Shown in pieces: positions 21,338-34,900 of a stretch of DNA of 64,000 nucleotides. Position numbers and translations under genes: made by a program. The notes below the pieces were generated by a model. That model was given only the letters and a program-made list of their open reading frames with translations. It was not told where the DNA came from and made no database searches. This DNA is from a virus. Position 1 is the first letter of the stretch, and each line of letters opens with the position of its first letter. Where the stretch lies: positions 32,001-96,000 of the IMG/VR virus record IMGVR_UViG_3300045988_027877; one strand, 5' to 3'.

Positions 21338-24300
21338 GTAATACATTACAGACAAATACATTTACAGGAGGATTGAACCTAGATGCTGACATTACTATGG
21401 TTCCTAATAACTAGTATCGTTATGCTGAGAATGTTCGCGTTATAACCGATACTGATGGGAGCACTGGTGTACTGTAGAACATACAGGATGTAAAGTTAGT
21501 AGAAGGAGGAGACTTTCTGTTCTATGATGAAAAGATACTAGCTACTACTACTATAGATAAGTATGGGATTATTATTACTGTAGATGATGCTCATGTAAAT
21601 AGAATTCATAGAGTAGATAACTATGATAACCCGCCTCTGAAACACACTATAGTAGTAAAAGGTAAGCTGGGTTATACTGTAGATTCTAACATTAAGATAG
21701 TAGCTAATTACGAATCAGAAGGAATTATTAAACTATACATAGCTTGTCCAGAGTAGATCATAAAGACTCTTAACATAATGGATGATAAGTATGTATATGT
21801 ATCTGGTAAAGAGAATTCATATCTTGATAGTGCAGGTAATCTGAAGAATCCTAGCCTACTAGATATACAGATTTCTGCTTTACTTACTCAACCTGAAGTA
21901 ACTTCACTAGGAGGTGGATAGTTAAAAACCGGAGTTGTACAATACGCATACCAATTGTTTAATGCTCGTGGTTCTAGTACTAATTTCTCTCCAGTAAGTA
22001 ATGCCATACACTTAACCACTAGTAATGTATCAACAGGTTAGCAGTAGTACATGGGGGCTAATAAAGATATTAACTCTGGTAAGAGTGTTAACTTTACTGT
22101 TAAACTTAATGATATTCCCGAAGGATTATTTGATAGTATTAGACTTATACGTATACATTACACAGACTATACAGAAGATCCTATTATCGAAGTATTTCAA
22201 GAAGCTACTATATCTACTTCTGTTAGAGAGTATAGCTTTACAGATGTAGGCGGTTCTGCTATCAATACTCTAACTATAGAGGAGTTTAACAAGACATAGG
22301 AATCATCATTTGCAGCCGCGACCATAGAAGCTAAAGATAATATTCTATTTGCAGCTAATATAACTGAAGCTACATGGAAGCCTGATTATGATGCAAGAGC
22401 TTATCGTTTTACTTCTAATGGCAGATTGATACTTAAAGGAGCTAGTTCTGATTAGGATATAGATGTCACTCTATCTAGTTCTACTCTAAACTCTTATCTA
22501 AAAAACATACCAGAGGATCACGATTGTATAAATCCGTATAACTTGACAGACTATGCAATGAGCGCTGCTAACGTAACCAAATATAAATTTGGTAGCAATA
22601 CTCTTGGTGGTACTGGTCTTAATATAGATTATGAATTTATTACTACGGATATTACATTAGACGAGTAGTACCAGAATACTCTATCTATAACTACTAATGT
22701 TACTAAGGATAATACGATCAACATAAGTAAGCTAGATGGTTCTCTAATAGAAACTGTTACTTTAGGTAGCGCATCTGACAGTAGATTTAAAAACTACGCG
22801 GATCCATACTTTGCTTCTAAATATAGAAGTCATCATAGAGATGAAATATACAGATACGGTATAGTATTCTTTAATGATAAAAACATTGCAACTCCTGTGT
22901 ATTGGATAGGGGATATTAAGTTTCCACATTGCTATGAAGCGTGTCCTTGGTATGTAGACAATTAGTCATTGAAAGGAAAACCAATAGGTATTAGATTCAA
23001 TGTTAGGAATTACCCAGATGGTGCACATACTTATCAGATAGTAAGATGCAAGAGAACTAAGGAAGATAGAACAGTATTAACACAAGCAATAGTATCAGCT
23101 ACTGTATCGTATCCGTATCACTCTGTTAGAGATGCTGAGTATGATATAGCATCTGAAAATACTAGACGTCCTTACACATTCTTAGGTAACTCATATCAGA
23201 AGAATGGCTTCCATGTTACTGTTACTGGTTTTGTTTATAAATGGTTGCTAGGAGAAAGAGTAGATAGTAGTATAGTAACTCTGATAAGTCCTGAAATAGA
23301 CATGAACAAAGATGATATGGCTGCTAGTATTAAAGGATGTACAGGTGACTTGTGTATGTATTTGGATCCTAGAACTAACAGAGTAGTAAATGTTGGTGAT
23401 AGGAATTACTATGGCGCTTATATTTCTTCCGACAGAACTCAATTAATAGTAGAGCATACGCAGGTGAGTGGAGAGATGAAATCTCAGAAGAGTGATAAGT
23501 ATTAGTTTAGAGCTGGTGATTTGGTATCAAGTTCTGATGATTATAATAACATGTTCCTTATATCAATAGATGGTACCATGCAACTAGGACATCAGTTTAA
23601 TGGTATAACTAATATGATTGGTAAGCGTTATGTAGCTCATTATACTGGTCTAAGTAATAGTGTAAGAGGTAAGTTTGACATACTTGAGGTTACTAACCCT
23701 ATGATTATGCAAGCTCTAGAATGGAACGATGCTGTATCTAGACATTCATCCATTGCTGGAAAGACATACCTAAATGCTTCAGTATCACATAACCAAGATC
23801 AAGATAATGGAACTAATGCTAATAAGACTGGTTACTTTGGTAACTGCTTAGTAATAAATAGAAGTAATAACAACATAGGTGTACCTAATAATATTAGTAC
23901 AGATATGTCTACTTCTAATAACTTATCTACTAAAGCTAACTCTGGAGTAGCTTCTGCTATACAGCAGTTCAACTATACTCCATTCACTACACCTGTAGTA
24001 AACATTAAGACTACTAATATACCTTATGGTGGCAATACTTATAACGCTCGTAGTAACTCTATATATATAAGTACTTACAGTAGCCACTTAATAGAGAACG
24101 AATCTAGTAGTTATATTAATGTGTTTGGTGGTGATACTTACTTAGGAGTACTGGATAACAAGACTGTGATTTATATTCCACAGCTTACAGGAGATAAACA
24201 ATGTCCAGATACTTACTGTGGTATATCTATATCAGATTACATTCCATTTGAAACTACTATCAATATGGCTCTAATGTATGGTCAATCAGCATCTAGAGTT

Positions 24301-25476
24301 GCAAGTGGCGGATTAGATTACGTTGATCCATATCTAGGTATAACCGCTGCTGGTGGATCGTATGGAGGTCATAGTCAAGAGAAACCATATTATGCATATA
24401 ATGATGCATACAGTATCCAACCTGATGCATAGATGTATGCAGTAGATTCTACTTACTCTATAAGTAATCTTAAGTCTGGTAATCGAATCAGATATTCTGG
24501 TACTAAGACAGCTAATGAAATAACAGATAGTTGGACTAGTTTCAAAGCTGCTGATTACTTAGATGTAGATTCATCTCACGGAGATATAACTAATCTAAAG
24601 AACTTCAATGATTAGTTATTATTCTGGTAGAAGGATGCTGTAGGTATAGCTGCTGTTAGAGATAGATCTTTGATTACAGATAACGATCAAGCATCACTAG
24701 TATTAGGTACTGGTGGAGTACTAGATAGATATGATTATGTAACTACTTCTAATGGTTCTGATACACCTAATGATAAGAGTATCATTGGTACTCCTAGTGG
24801 TTTGTATTGGTATGATGATAGTAAGAATGAAGTATGTTCATATACTAATCAAGTACAGAAGTTATCTAAAGCGAAGAGCGTACAATCATGGTTTAACGAT
24901 AATACTAAGAAAGCTAAAGTAAGTATATACGATCCTAAGTTCAATGAAGTACAGATGGGATTTGAGGATAAGGATCTAGTGTACAATGAATAGTTACAGC
25001 AGTTTTCATCATTCTATACACTTAATCCAGATAACTGCTTGGCATTCCCAGATAGACTCTTGTATATCAAAGACTAGATGATACAAGAAAATGCAGATTT
25101 TCCGTTAAATAAGATGCGTTCTAAGTTATAGATTATAGTTAATAAGGATCCATTACTTACTAAAACTTATGATAATGTATTCTTTAGTGGAGAGTTCGAT
25201 AATGTTCAAGAGATGATGTAGGATATTAAGTTTACTACTAAGACTCAAGAAGGAACTATCTTCAAAGATGATACTGAAGTAAGTAATCCGATAGAACAAA
25301 GAGAAGATACATATAGATTTGCTGTGGGTAGAGAGAAAGAAAGTAAAGATGATATGTCATTACCGGGTAGAATGAAAGGTAAATACATGATATGTGATTA
25401 CTTAATTAACTGTGACAATCAGCGTAACTTCAAACTCCCTAATATTAACACAACATATAGATATTCATTAGTATGA
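21334..25476 (+). CDS. Large (1,380-codon) conserved tail protein (tail tube/muzzle/stabilisation-type, role inferred from size and position)
   Basis: Fragments 22051-22299, 22969-23505, 23521-24432, 24433-24615 and 24670-24993 share a frame with ATG 21334. About 18 in-frame TAGs; TGA 25474-25476. Confidence 0.6.
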
Positions 25477-27101
25477 GAAAAGTAAATAAAAAGAATTGTT
25501 TTTCAGGAGGTGGTACTTCTTATAACCCACAGACACTACAGTCCCCGTATCTATAGACGGATTTCAGTAAACAATTACCTACACAATTAACAGCTCCAGC
25601 ATCTGTACAGCAATATGCACCTGGTAATTATAATCCGGGTAGTTCTGCTAATCCATTGTTTGGTTCTAAAGTATAGAACTTGTTTGGTGGAGCTAGTGCA
25701 GGAGGTCAAGGAATAGGAGGCATAGGTCAAGCTGGAGATGCTATTAACTCTATGATAGGTAATGTAACTGCTCCTGCTACAGCTACTACTAAAGGAGAAG
25801 CTAACATGCAAACTGTAACTAATACAATCGGTGGAGCAGCTAAGGGAGCAGCAGCCGGGTTTGCAGTTGGTGGACCAGTAGGAGCAATAGTTGGCGGAGT
25901 TGCTGGTTTAGCATCTGGTATAACAGGTAATAAAGGTAAAGTAAATCTACAATCTAATCCATACGATGATAATATTACTGTTAATTACGGTACTGGTATC
26001 AGAGGTGGAAAAAAGAATAGAAGAAAGATAGAGAGACAAAGAGACCAAGCTATAGCTAATGCTAGAAGTAATCAGGCTAGTTTAGCTATGGGTTATTAGA
26101 ATGAATAGGAATTCTATCAAGACTACGATACAGATATACAGACAATGGCTTACGGAGGTACAGCTAGTAGTCTGGCGTATGTAGATGATGGAGAGGTACT
26201 CAATACTCCACAAGGAGATATAGTTAATGTACCAGAAGAAGGTAAACCAACAGATAGTAATTTGGTTAACTTACCAGAAGGTACTAGAATACTTAGTGAT
26301 AAGAGAAAAGTACCGGGAAGTAAAGAAACGTTTGCACAGATGGGTAAAAGATTAATGTCTAAGAAAACAAGTAAGTCTAAAGATAAGTATGCAGAGAATG
26401 CAGCTATGTTAAACTAGATGCATGACTAGATGATATACGATAGACTGTTTGCTATACAAGAAGGAACTAAAAAGAAAAATGGGAAGACCAAGAAGTTTGC
26501 AAAAGGAGGAAGTGTAGGTAATTTGATCACAGATCTAACAGCTTTAGCTCCTACTATATCTAATATGTATGCAAAGCCAGAGTCTTTCAATGCAGTATAC
26601 AATCCATATGAATCACAGATAAATCAGACAATGGCTAATCGTAGATTTGACATTAGTCCAGCTAAAAGAACTATCCGTGAGAATAGAACAATTAGTAACT
26701 ATAATGCAGCTAATTACAATCCTAATACTGGAGCTAATCTAGCGTATAGAATTCAGAGTCAGGTTGCAGCTAACAAAGCTATATCCGATTTATATTCTAC
26801 AGCTAGTAATGTTAATAACCAGTATAAAGCAGATTATGCTAGTACTTTGAATAGTTTAGGACAGCAAAGAGTTAATGCTACTAACATGGCAGTAGATATG
26901 AATGCTAGAAGCAGAGCTGCTGCTAGAAACATTCAGAGAACAGCTTTGAGTCAATTGAGTCAGTACGCACAGAACAAACAACTTATGAAGAATCAGAAGT
27001 CTAGAGATATGGCTATGTTAGAAATGTATGGACCATTCTTGGAAGCTGGTTATAAGTCAGGAGATTATGCATCATTCATGAAACAATTTAGAAAGGGATA
27101 A
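25473..27101 (+). CDS. Gly/Ala-rich internal virion (ejection/cargo-type) protein, speculative
   Basis: ATG 25473 overlaps the upstream TGA. Fragments 25680-26099, 26145-26417 and 26430-27101 are in frame. Six TAGs; TAA 27099-27101. Includes GGASAGGQGIGGIGQAGD...GAAAGFAVGGPVGAIVGGVAGLASG. Confidence 0.5.
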
Positions 27102-27102
27102 T

Positions 27103-28902
27103 ATGGCAGCAAATATGTACGATCAAGCCGCGTAGGCTTAGTTTATTAATACTTATGTGCCTATTAATTTTGGAGAATTATATAGAATAGGTGCGGCACA
27201 AAAACAAGCAGTAGATCAAGCAGCAGAACAATTTACTACACAGTTACAGAAGTTTGGAGAATTTAGATCACCTTCCAGAGTAGATACAGAAAATTATTAC
27301 AATATGACTATTGGCAGAGAAGACTTTCAGAATGCCATTAATCAAATGGTATCTAATCCCGACTATATGAAGGACGCTAGTAATAGAGCTAAACTACAAT
27401 CATTAATAAATAGTGTAGATTATGCTGCTCTGTCTCAGTTGAAGGAAAGTGCAGACTATTAGAGAATGGGTCTACAGACGAGAGCTAAGATGAAAGCAGA
27501 AGGTAGGCTCAAAGACAGCTGGGACAAGTCAGATATAGCTAACTATGATACTCTAGGTACTGGTAAAATATTTGATGATATTACTCCAGTAGCTTATATG
27601 AATCTGAATGAACTCAGTACTCCTTACTTTAATGATCTGAAACCGGGTTTCTTAGGTACGGATTATGTGAATGGTACTAGATATGTAGTAACTGGTAATA
27701 ATATGGAAGATCTTATGGCAGTAGCTACAGCTAAGTTCAATGATTTAATTGATACTCCACAAGGTCAGAAGTACTTTGAAGAGTATTTAGCTATGAATAA
27801 CGGTGATGCAAATGCTGCCAAATCTCAATTCATTAATGCAGTAGCTCAATCACAAATTGATAGAACTCGTAGACCTAAGTATGATGTAGATCCTGCTTTC
27901 ATAGAACAGTTGAGATATAGTTTAAAGGCAAAGGCTGCTGGAGCTTCAGAAGCAAGTCAAGTATTGCCAGACTTATCTAGAATACTGGCTACTACTACTG
28001 TACAAAATAACTTAGCTACTCTTGGAGGTTTAACTCCTGAAGAGAGATCCGCAGTTGCTAGTGGACAAGCTAATTCTGAAGTATATCAGAAAGCAAGTAG
28101 AAATATGAGCAACAATCTCAAGACAGCATGGAATAGCTTGAGTAAAGCTTCTGGAATAAACAGTGCTTCTAGAAAACTATTAGACATGATCAGTCAGCCT
28201 TTATCTAAAGAAGTAGACACTAGCCTACTTGTAGAAGGTGGTGGAGAAGCTCTGGGTAAAGATGCAAAGCTTACTAATAGTACAGCTAATATGACACTTG
28301 GCGCAGATATGACGTTTGGATTACTTGGATATGAGAATGGAGCTCTAGGTTATGCAATGAGTAATATGCAGAATGCTTCAGATGAAAAACAAAAAAAAGC
28401 ATGGAAAGATAGATCTGTGGCAATGGCTACTATTCAACAAGCTTGGTACAACGATCAATTCAGAGATGTTATTGTTAAAGGATCTGGTCAAGTACTTAGT
28501 GATAATAATGAAGTATATCACAAACGTAAAGTATATATACCTATAGATCAGTTAAGAAACATTGGTTTCGAATCAATTAGTAAAGGAGACTTCTCTAAGT
28601 TAATAGGTAGTAAAGTAGTATCTCTGGGAGATATTATAGATAAACAATAGATAGAGATCACACAAGAATATGATCCAAAAACTGGAGAGGTACTAAAAGG
28701 AGAAACTACTAAGAAGTTAACTAGAAAGAAACTAGATGATTCCGATCTGTATGTAGAGTTTGATGCTACTTATCCTCTACAGATAGGTAATAATGAAGCT
28801 ACTATTACCAGAAATGCCAATTACGAACGACAAGTCAGAACACTTGGAACTAAAGAAAAATATTCATAGGCAGAAGATTCAGCTAACAGATATCTAAGAT
28901 AA
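27103..28902 (+). CDS. Hypothetical virion protein (599 codons)
   Basis: ATG 27103. Fragments 27157-27462 and 27466-28650 are in frame. Five TAGs; TAA 28900-28902. Confidence 0.5.
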
Positions 28903-28903
28903 T

Positions 28904-31900
28904 ATGGAAGATAACAAATTCATGGTAGGCGCTCCCAAAATGAACGCCATGACTTATGGTTCTATGGATACCGTACAAAATATACCTACTACTTCTGAGA
29001 GGAAATAGTAGGTATAGGAGTATGATTATGATATACCTTCTAACTTAGCAGATATATATACTAGAAAAGGCAGTACTGAGACTCCAGAAGAGAAAAGCAA
29101 CGACTATAACTGGTCTAAGATACTTAACGTTGCTACAGGTATTGCCTTTACTCCTAATGCGGGTATTGCAATAAAAGGAGGTTACGATATATATAATAGC
29201 CAGTTAGGTCAATCTGTTGTAGAGAAAGCAGTAGAAACAAATATCAGATCCTTAGAAGGTGATTTAGCCAGAAAAGAACTACGTACTATGCAAAGTATAG
29301 AGTTCTTGAAAGACTATGAAGAGAAACTACAAAGATTAAATCAGATACAAAGTACAGGAGAAGGTGATCCATAGGAAGCAACTCAGTTATAGACGTATTT
29401 GGATCAGAATGCTTAGACTTATGAGTTACTGATAAGAGGTAACAGTAAGTTAGCTCCTCTGTACTACGATGGATTTGAAACAAACAGTATTACTGGAGAG
29501 AAAACAACTTCCATAGGATTGCAAGTAGATCCTAAGAAAGTACCATTATGGGATAGACTTATGCTTAGTATATCTACTATGTTTGATAACAAAGCTGAGG
29601 CATACGAGGAGTACGTTAAAACTGGTTATGGTGATGCTGTATTAAATATCAAGCCTAAAGAAAGTGTATGGAATAATCCTGATAGAACTGGTATTATAAA
29701 CAGTTTGTAGAAGTTATATGATGATAGTATAACATCTCAAGAACTTAAGGTACAAAAGATTAAAGACAGACAAGGTATCTTAAAAGAAGGTAGCTGGTTC
29801 TTTGATCCTAATCAAATATCTCCAGAGTTTAGAGAAAGAGTAAACAATAATGAGTTTGCTTGGGGAGATCTAGAATCTTATCCTTACGCAATACCGCAGT
29901 TAGGTTCTTCTTTAGGAGAAATTGCTTCTACTGTAGAAACTGCTACTCTTGGTAGACTAGTAAGTATGGCTGCAAAAACTGCCGCTAAGAGAGGAAATCC
30001 CTATTCAGCTGCTTTGTTAGCTATCGGGGAGTTTGGTTTAAATGCAGCTAACAGTTATTATCAGCGTACTCAAGAAACCAATGCTGAAGTATTTGATGCT
30101 TACTTGAATAACATAGTAAATCAAATGGATTCAGGTAATCTGGATGTAGATAGAATATTAGATCAAGGTATCGAGAAACTACAGGCTAGAGGGATTAATA
30201 CAGATGAAATGACCATGCCATAGATTCTTGAAGATATGCTTCTGTACAATATCAAAACAGATGATCCTAACTTTGAGAATATAAAACTTAGTGCATACAA
30301 TGGTCTGGATAATATCTTTACTTCTAACATGGCTTTAGGAGTATGGGATGCCATGGATATAGCTTTATACTCTTATGGAGGTAAGCTTGCTGTGAAATCA
30401 GCAAAAGAGTTACTCAAGCAGGGAGGTAAAGGTTTAGCTAAAGCCACTGGACTTACTAAGGTTGCGGATATAGCCGATAAGTTTATAGATAACAGAATAA
30501 ACAAAGCTCTATACAGAATGGCTTCTAAAGACGTATTTAAAGCCAATAAGTATAGAGATGTACTTAATACTGTGGTAGGTTTAGGTACTAAACTTGGAGT
30601 AACCGCATTCGGAGAGGGTACAGAAGAAGGACAGCAGTACTTAATTCAAAGAGATTACGAATTAAGTTCTAAGTATGATCCTAAGAAGATGACATTGCTG
30701 GATGCATTCTTTAAGAACTTCCAATATGGTGCAGAAGCCAACATGGCTCTGATGGGTTTACATCCTGATGAAGCTTTGAACAATGACAAAGAACTAGAGC
30801 AGAACATGAAAGTTGGTGCTCTTATAGGTTTGTTAATGGGTGGTGCTGGTACTACTATATCTGATGGTCATCAACTTATTAGAGATGTGAAATCTAATAA
30901 GATGTTACGTAACATGGCTGCTTATGACATTAGTAATAAAGAAGAAGATATTAAAGTAGACAGATGGTATAATGCAGTAAAGAAGGGTTATACCCAAGAT
31001 GTGATTCAGAATCTTCAAGACATTAGAGATAGATTTACTCCAGAAGGTCTTACTCAAGAAGATATAGATGAAGATATTAAAAAAGCTAGACAATTAGAGA
31101 GTATATACTATAATCCTAATGTATCTGAGAACTTAGAACAATTAGGAATTAAAGTAGGCAGTGAGGAGCATAAGACGTTTGCTAAGAATGCAATGAAAGC
31201 GTATGACTTAGAACGCGTGTTTAACTCTCAAGCTAAGGAAGCCAACAAGAAACTTGCTGAAAAAGTAAATCAAATATATAGTTCTGATGAGTTTAGAAAC
31301 TCAGTGGATGAGTATTGGGATAATTTGTCTGATGCAGAAAGAGAAGCATGGGGAGTTAAAGAGAACCTAATTAGTATAGTAAGAGATGCTCAGTAGACAT
31401 TCACTACTCTTAATGTTCTGAATAAGCTGAAGAGACAGCTCAAAGACATGCAATCCTTTATTGCTCAAGCAAAGAAGAACGGTCTGGATGTTAGTGACGA
31501 GAATATAGCTTCTGTAGTATATCACATTAATCGTAAACAGAAATAGTTAGAAGATGCTACTAAGAAGGATAAGAAGATGTTCAAATAGCTTAAAGATATA
31601 TTTGGAATCAATACTGATCCAGAACTAGAGCAATTAATAGCAGATGAAAATATACTTGTTGGATTACTTAGTAAGGCTGTAAACCGACGTGCTGCATATT
31701 AGAACGGAGTAGTACTCAGAACTGATATGAACAGACGTGCTGACTTCAACATTCGTAACTGGTCACAATTATCAGAACAAGAACAACAAGAAGTACGTGA
31801 TAGATATACAAAAGAAGCACAAGACAACGGTCAAGAAGCTCCTAGCGATAGATCTATAATTGCTAGATACAATAGAGATGTACAGCAAAATGATATTATA

Positions 31901-34900
31901 GACGAGTCTGTAAATGCTGCTAGAAAGTATGCTAATGATATTATTAAGGCAGATCTTGATAGATATACTTAGAATGACAGATCTTATAGTGAAGTAAGCG
32001 AAATAGAAGATGCTCAGAATGAGGATACACAAGATACTCAGATGATATCAGAAGAAGAGCCTGACTTTACTCCAACTGGAGAAGGAGATAACTCTGGATC
32101 TCAAATAGCATCAACTGACTTAGATGTTAAGCAGAGAGAAGAAGAAACTAGTCTGGTAGAGGATGTATACACTGAATCTGAAGAAGATAAGTTAATTGCT
32201 AAGGATGAAGAGACTGGAGACATAGAAGAGATGGATATAAGTGATCTAGTTACTGTAGCAGATGATGCTGAAGATGTATCAAACGAAAGAACTGTTGATG
32301 ATATAACTGAAGAGGAGATAACTAGAGATACTAAAGACGATACACAAGATAAGATAGATATGGAAAATCTTATGGATGCATCTAACTTTAGAGATCCTGA
32401 CGATGACTTTGGTTTAACATCTGATGATAATCCTTTCTTAGATCCTCAAACAGAACCCGAGATTCCAGATGCTATAAAAGCTACTATGATAGAAGATCAA
32501 CCAGAAGAACTTCCTTTCATTGATCCTGTAGCTCTAGAAAGATCAGCAAATAAAGCATTTCCTGATGCAGAGGACTACTTTATAGATAATCAAGGTAGAA
32601 TGTTCTTGAATGGTAAAGAGGTTACTAAAGAACAGATTGAGAAAGAGAATCTAGCTGAACAATACTCTGATGATTCTACTAAGACCCTATCGGAAAAAGC
32701 TAATGAACAGGAGAAGGAAAAGGGTATAGTACCGGGTCTTTCGTCTTCTACTAGCATAATGAATAGTTGGTTAGTAGGAAGAACATTATTTTATAGACCA
32801 GATGCTACTAAGCCTATGGATCTTCCATTCAAAGTAAAAGGAGCAAAGAATATACACTCAGGAAAGGAGTTAGGAGAGGCTATGGGTGATCCTAATTTCT
32901 TATCTGATGCTAAGGTATACTTTGTTCCGGGACCCACTATGTCTTCAAATGAAGCTGCTTTTGATCCTAATGATCCAACTACATATAGAAATGCAGCTGT
33001 CTACATGATTATAGACAAGAATGGAGAGATATATGCTGCGGCATATAGAAGCAACGCTAAAGCTGCAATCGACTATCAACACAGACTAGGTAGTGTACCT
33101 AAAGAGTCTAAAGCTGCCGAAGACTTAAATACTCTTGCTGCTCAAAAAGAAAAGATAGTATCTTTCTACTTATAGAAATGTAAGAAGGACAAGAATGGAA
33201 AATACGTACTACCAGAAGAAGGACTTACTCATGTAGTACCTACTCAAGTAAATGTATCTAATGGTACATTTAATAACCAAAAAGATGGTAATAAACCTAT
33301 CTTCAGAAAGTTATCTGAATGTAAAACATTCCAGATTCCTTTGGATCCTAATAAAATATTGACTGAATGTACATTTGGTTATGGAGTCGGTGGTATTCAA
33401 GTAGGTTATAAAGCGGATCCGTTTGCTATTAAACAGTTAGGTACTGATGAAGTATTAGCTAGTAGTGGAGGATTTGCCGGTAAGATGGCTATATTTCCAA
33501 AGCCTTCTGCTACTCCGAGAGGTAGATATACTGTTCCAGTATACTTGAGCGAAAAATTCTTTAGAGACGAAAGTATTAAGAAGCCTTCTGACATTAAGTT
33601 GAGAAGTCACGATGAAGCTGGAAATCCTACTCCTAATGGATCATATTCTAACTTTATGGAATATGTACTTGATTTGATTACAGATGGTGATCCGTATGGA
33701 GTACTACCGTTGATAGTTAATCAAGGTGAGAAAACACGTTTATCAGCTAAGAAACAGGAAGAAGTACAGTTCCTAGCTAAAAAGCAATTAGGCTTTGATC
33801 CTGAAACAGAATTGTTCTACTTTGCTAGTCCTAGAAGTGATAGAAATGGTCTATACTTTAGAACTGATGTACCATTAAGTGAAGTAAAGACTAACCCGAT
33901 GGCTAGAAAGGCTATCTTGTGGTATATGATGTAGAACTATCACTGGAACATGGATAAGAATGTTCTTAGTCAATCTTTACCAGAAAGACTTAGAGATCTT
34001 GCAATTCGCGTACTTGAACCGGGAGATGAAAAATTAGTGCTGTATCCCGGAGAGCTTGAATTTACTTTAGCTGAATTAGGTATTTCAGAGAAAGAAGGCA
34101 AACTAGTAAAAGACAAAGTTGCTCCACCGGCAATAGCTTGGGCGGTTAATAGTGGTAAATTGTTAACCGATATGGGAGACTATGCCTTTAGAGACGGTTT
34201 TATATACGCAGAAGACATAACTGTGAATGAAGCTCAAACTCCAGTATCAGTATCTACTGAACCGATTAGTGTAGCACAACCTGTTGAGACTAAACCAGAG
34301 CCAGTAAAAGAACCAGAAGTACAGCCTGAGAAACCAGTAGAGGAAAAGGTAGAAGAACAACCTAAAGTAAAACCTACTTCTGAAAATCGTCAAAGTAGAA
34401 GAGCTAAGGCTCAAGAGCTAGTAAAATCTCTTAACCAACCTGATGCTAGTGCACCTAAAGTAGCTAGATATATGACTAGTGAGGAACGTGAACAATTTGC
34501 TGCTTCTCTTGGTTAGAAGGTATCTAAGGAAAACTTCGTATATCTATATGATTTGGATGGTAAACCTCAGATGTTCATAAAATCTATGTTAGAAAAGGTA
34601 TTCAAAGAAGTTGGGTTAGAACCTACTTTCTATGTTACTGGTATGTATTCTACTGAGGAAAATGAAGTAAATAGAATATCTCAAGACTTACGTGAAGCTA
34701 AATCTTGGTTGATGGATAAACTAGGTCTATCTGTAGACCAAGTAATGGTATTCAACGGAGTAATGAGATCTGCTTCTAATGGTCCTAGAGTATATGGTGT
34801 TACTAGATTAGCTGCTAACGGAATAGGTAATATTATCCTTGGACAAGGTGCTGGGAAAGGTATTCAGTATCATGAAGCTTGGCATTATATAAACCTACTT

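Noticed and set aside
6278-25476. Possibility that TGA is also reassigned genome-wide
   Set aside because: TGA closes many genes exactly at ATGA or TGAnATG junctions (6278, 6691, 19197, 19637, 20430, 21335, 25474). I saw it in-frame within a domain only once, at 9032.
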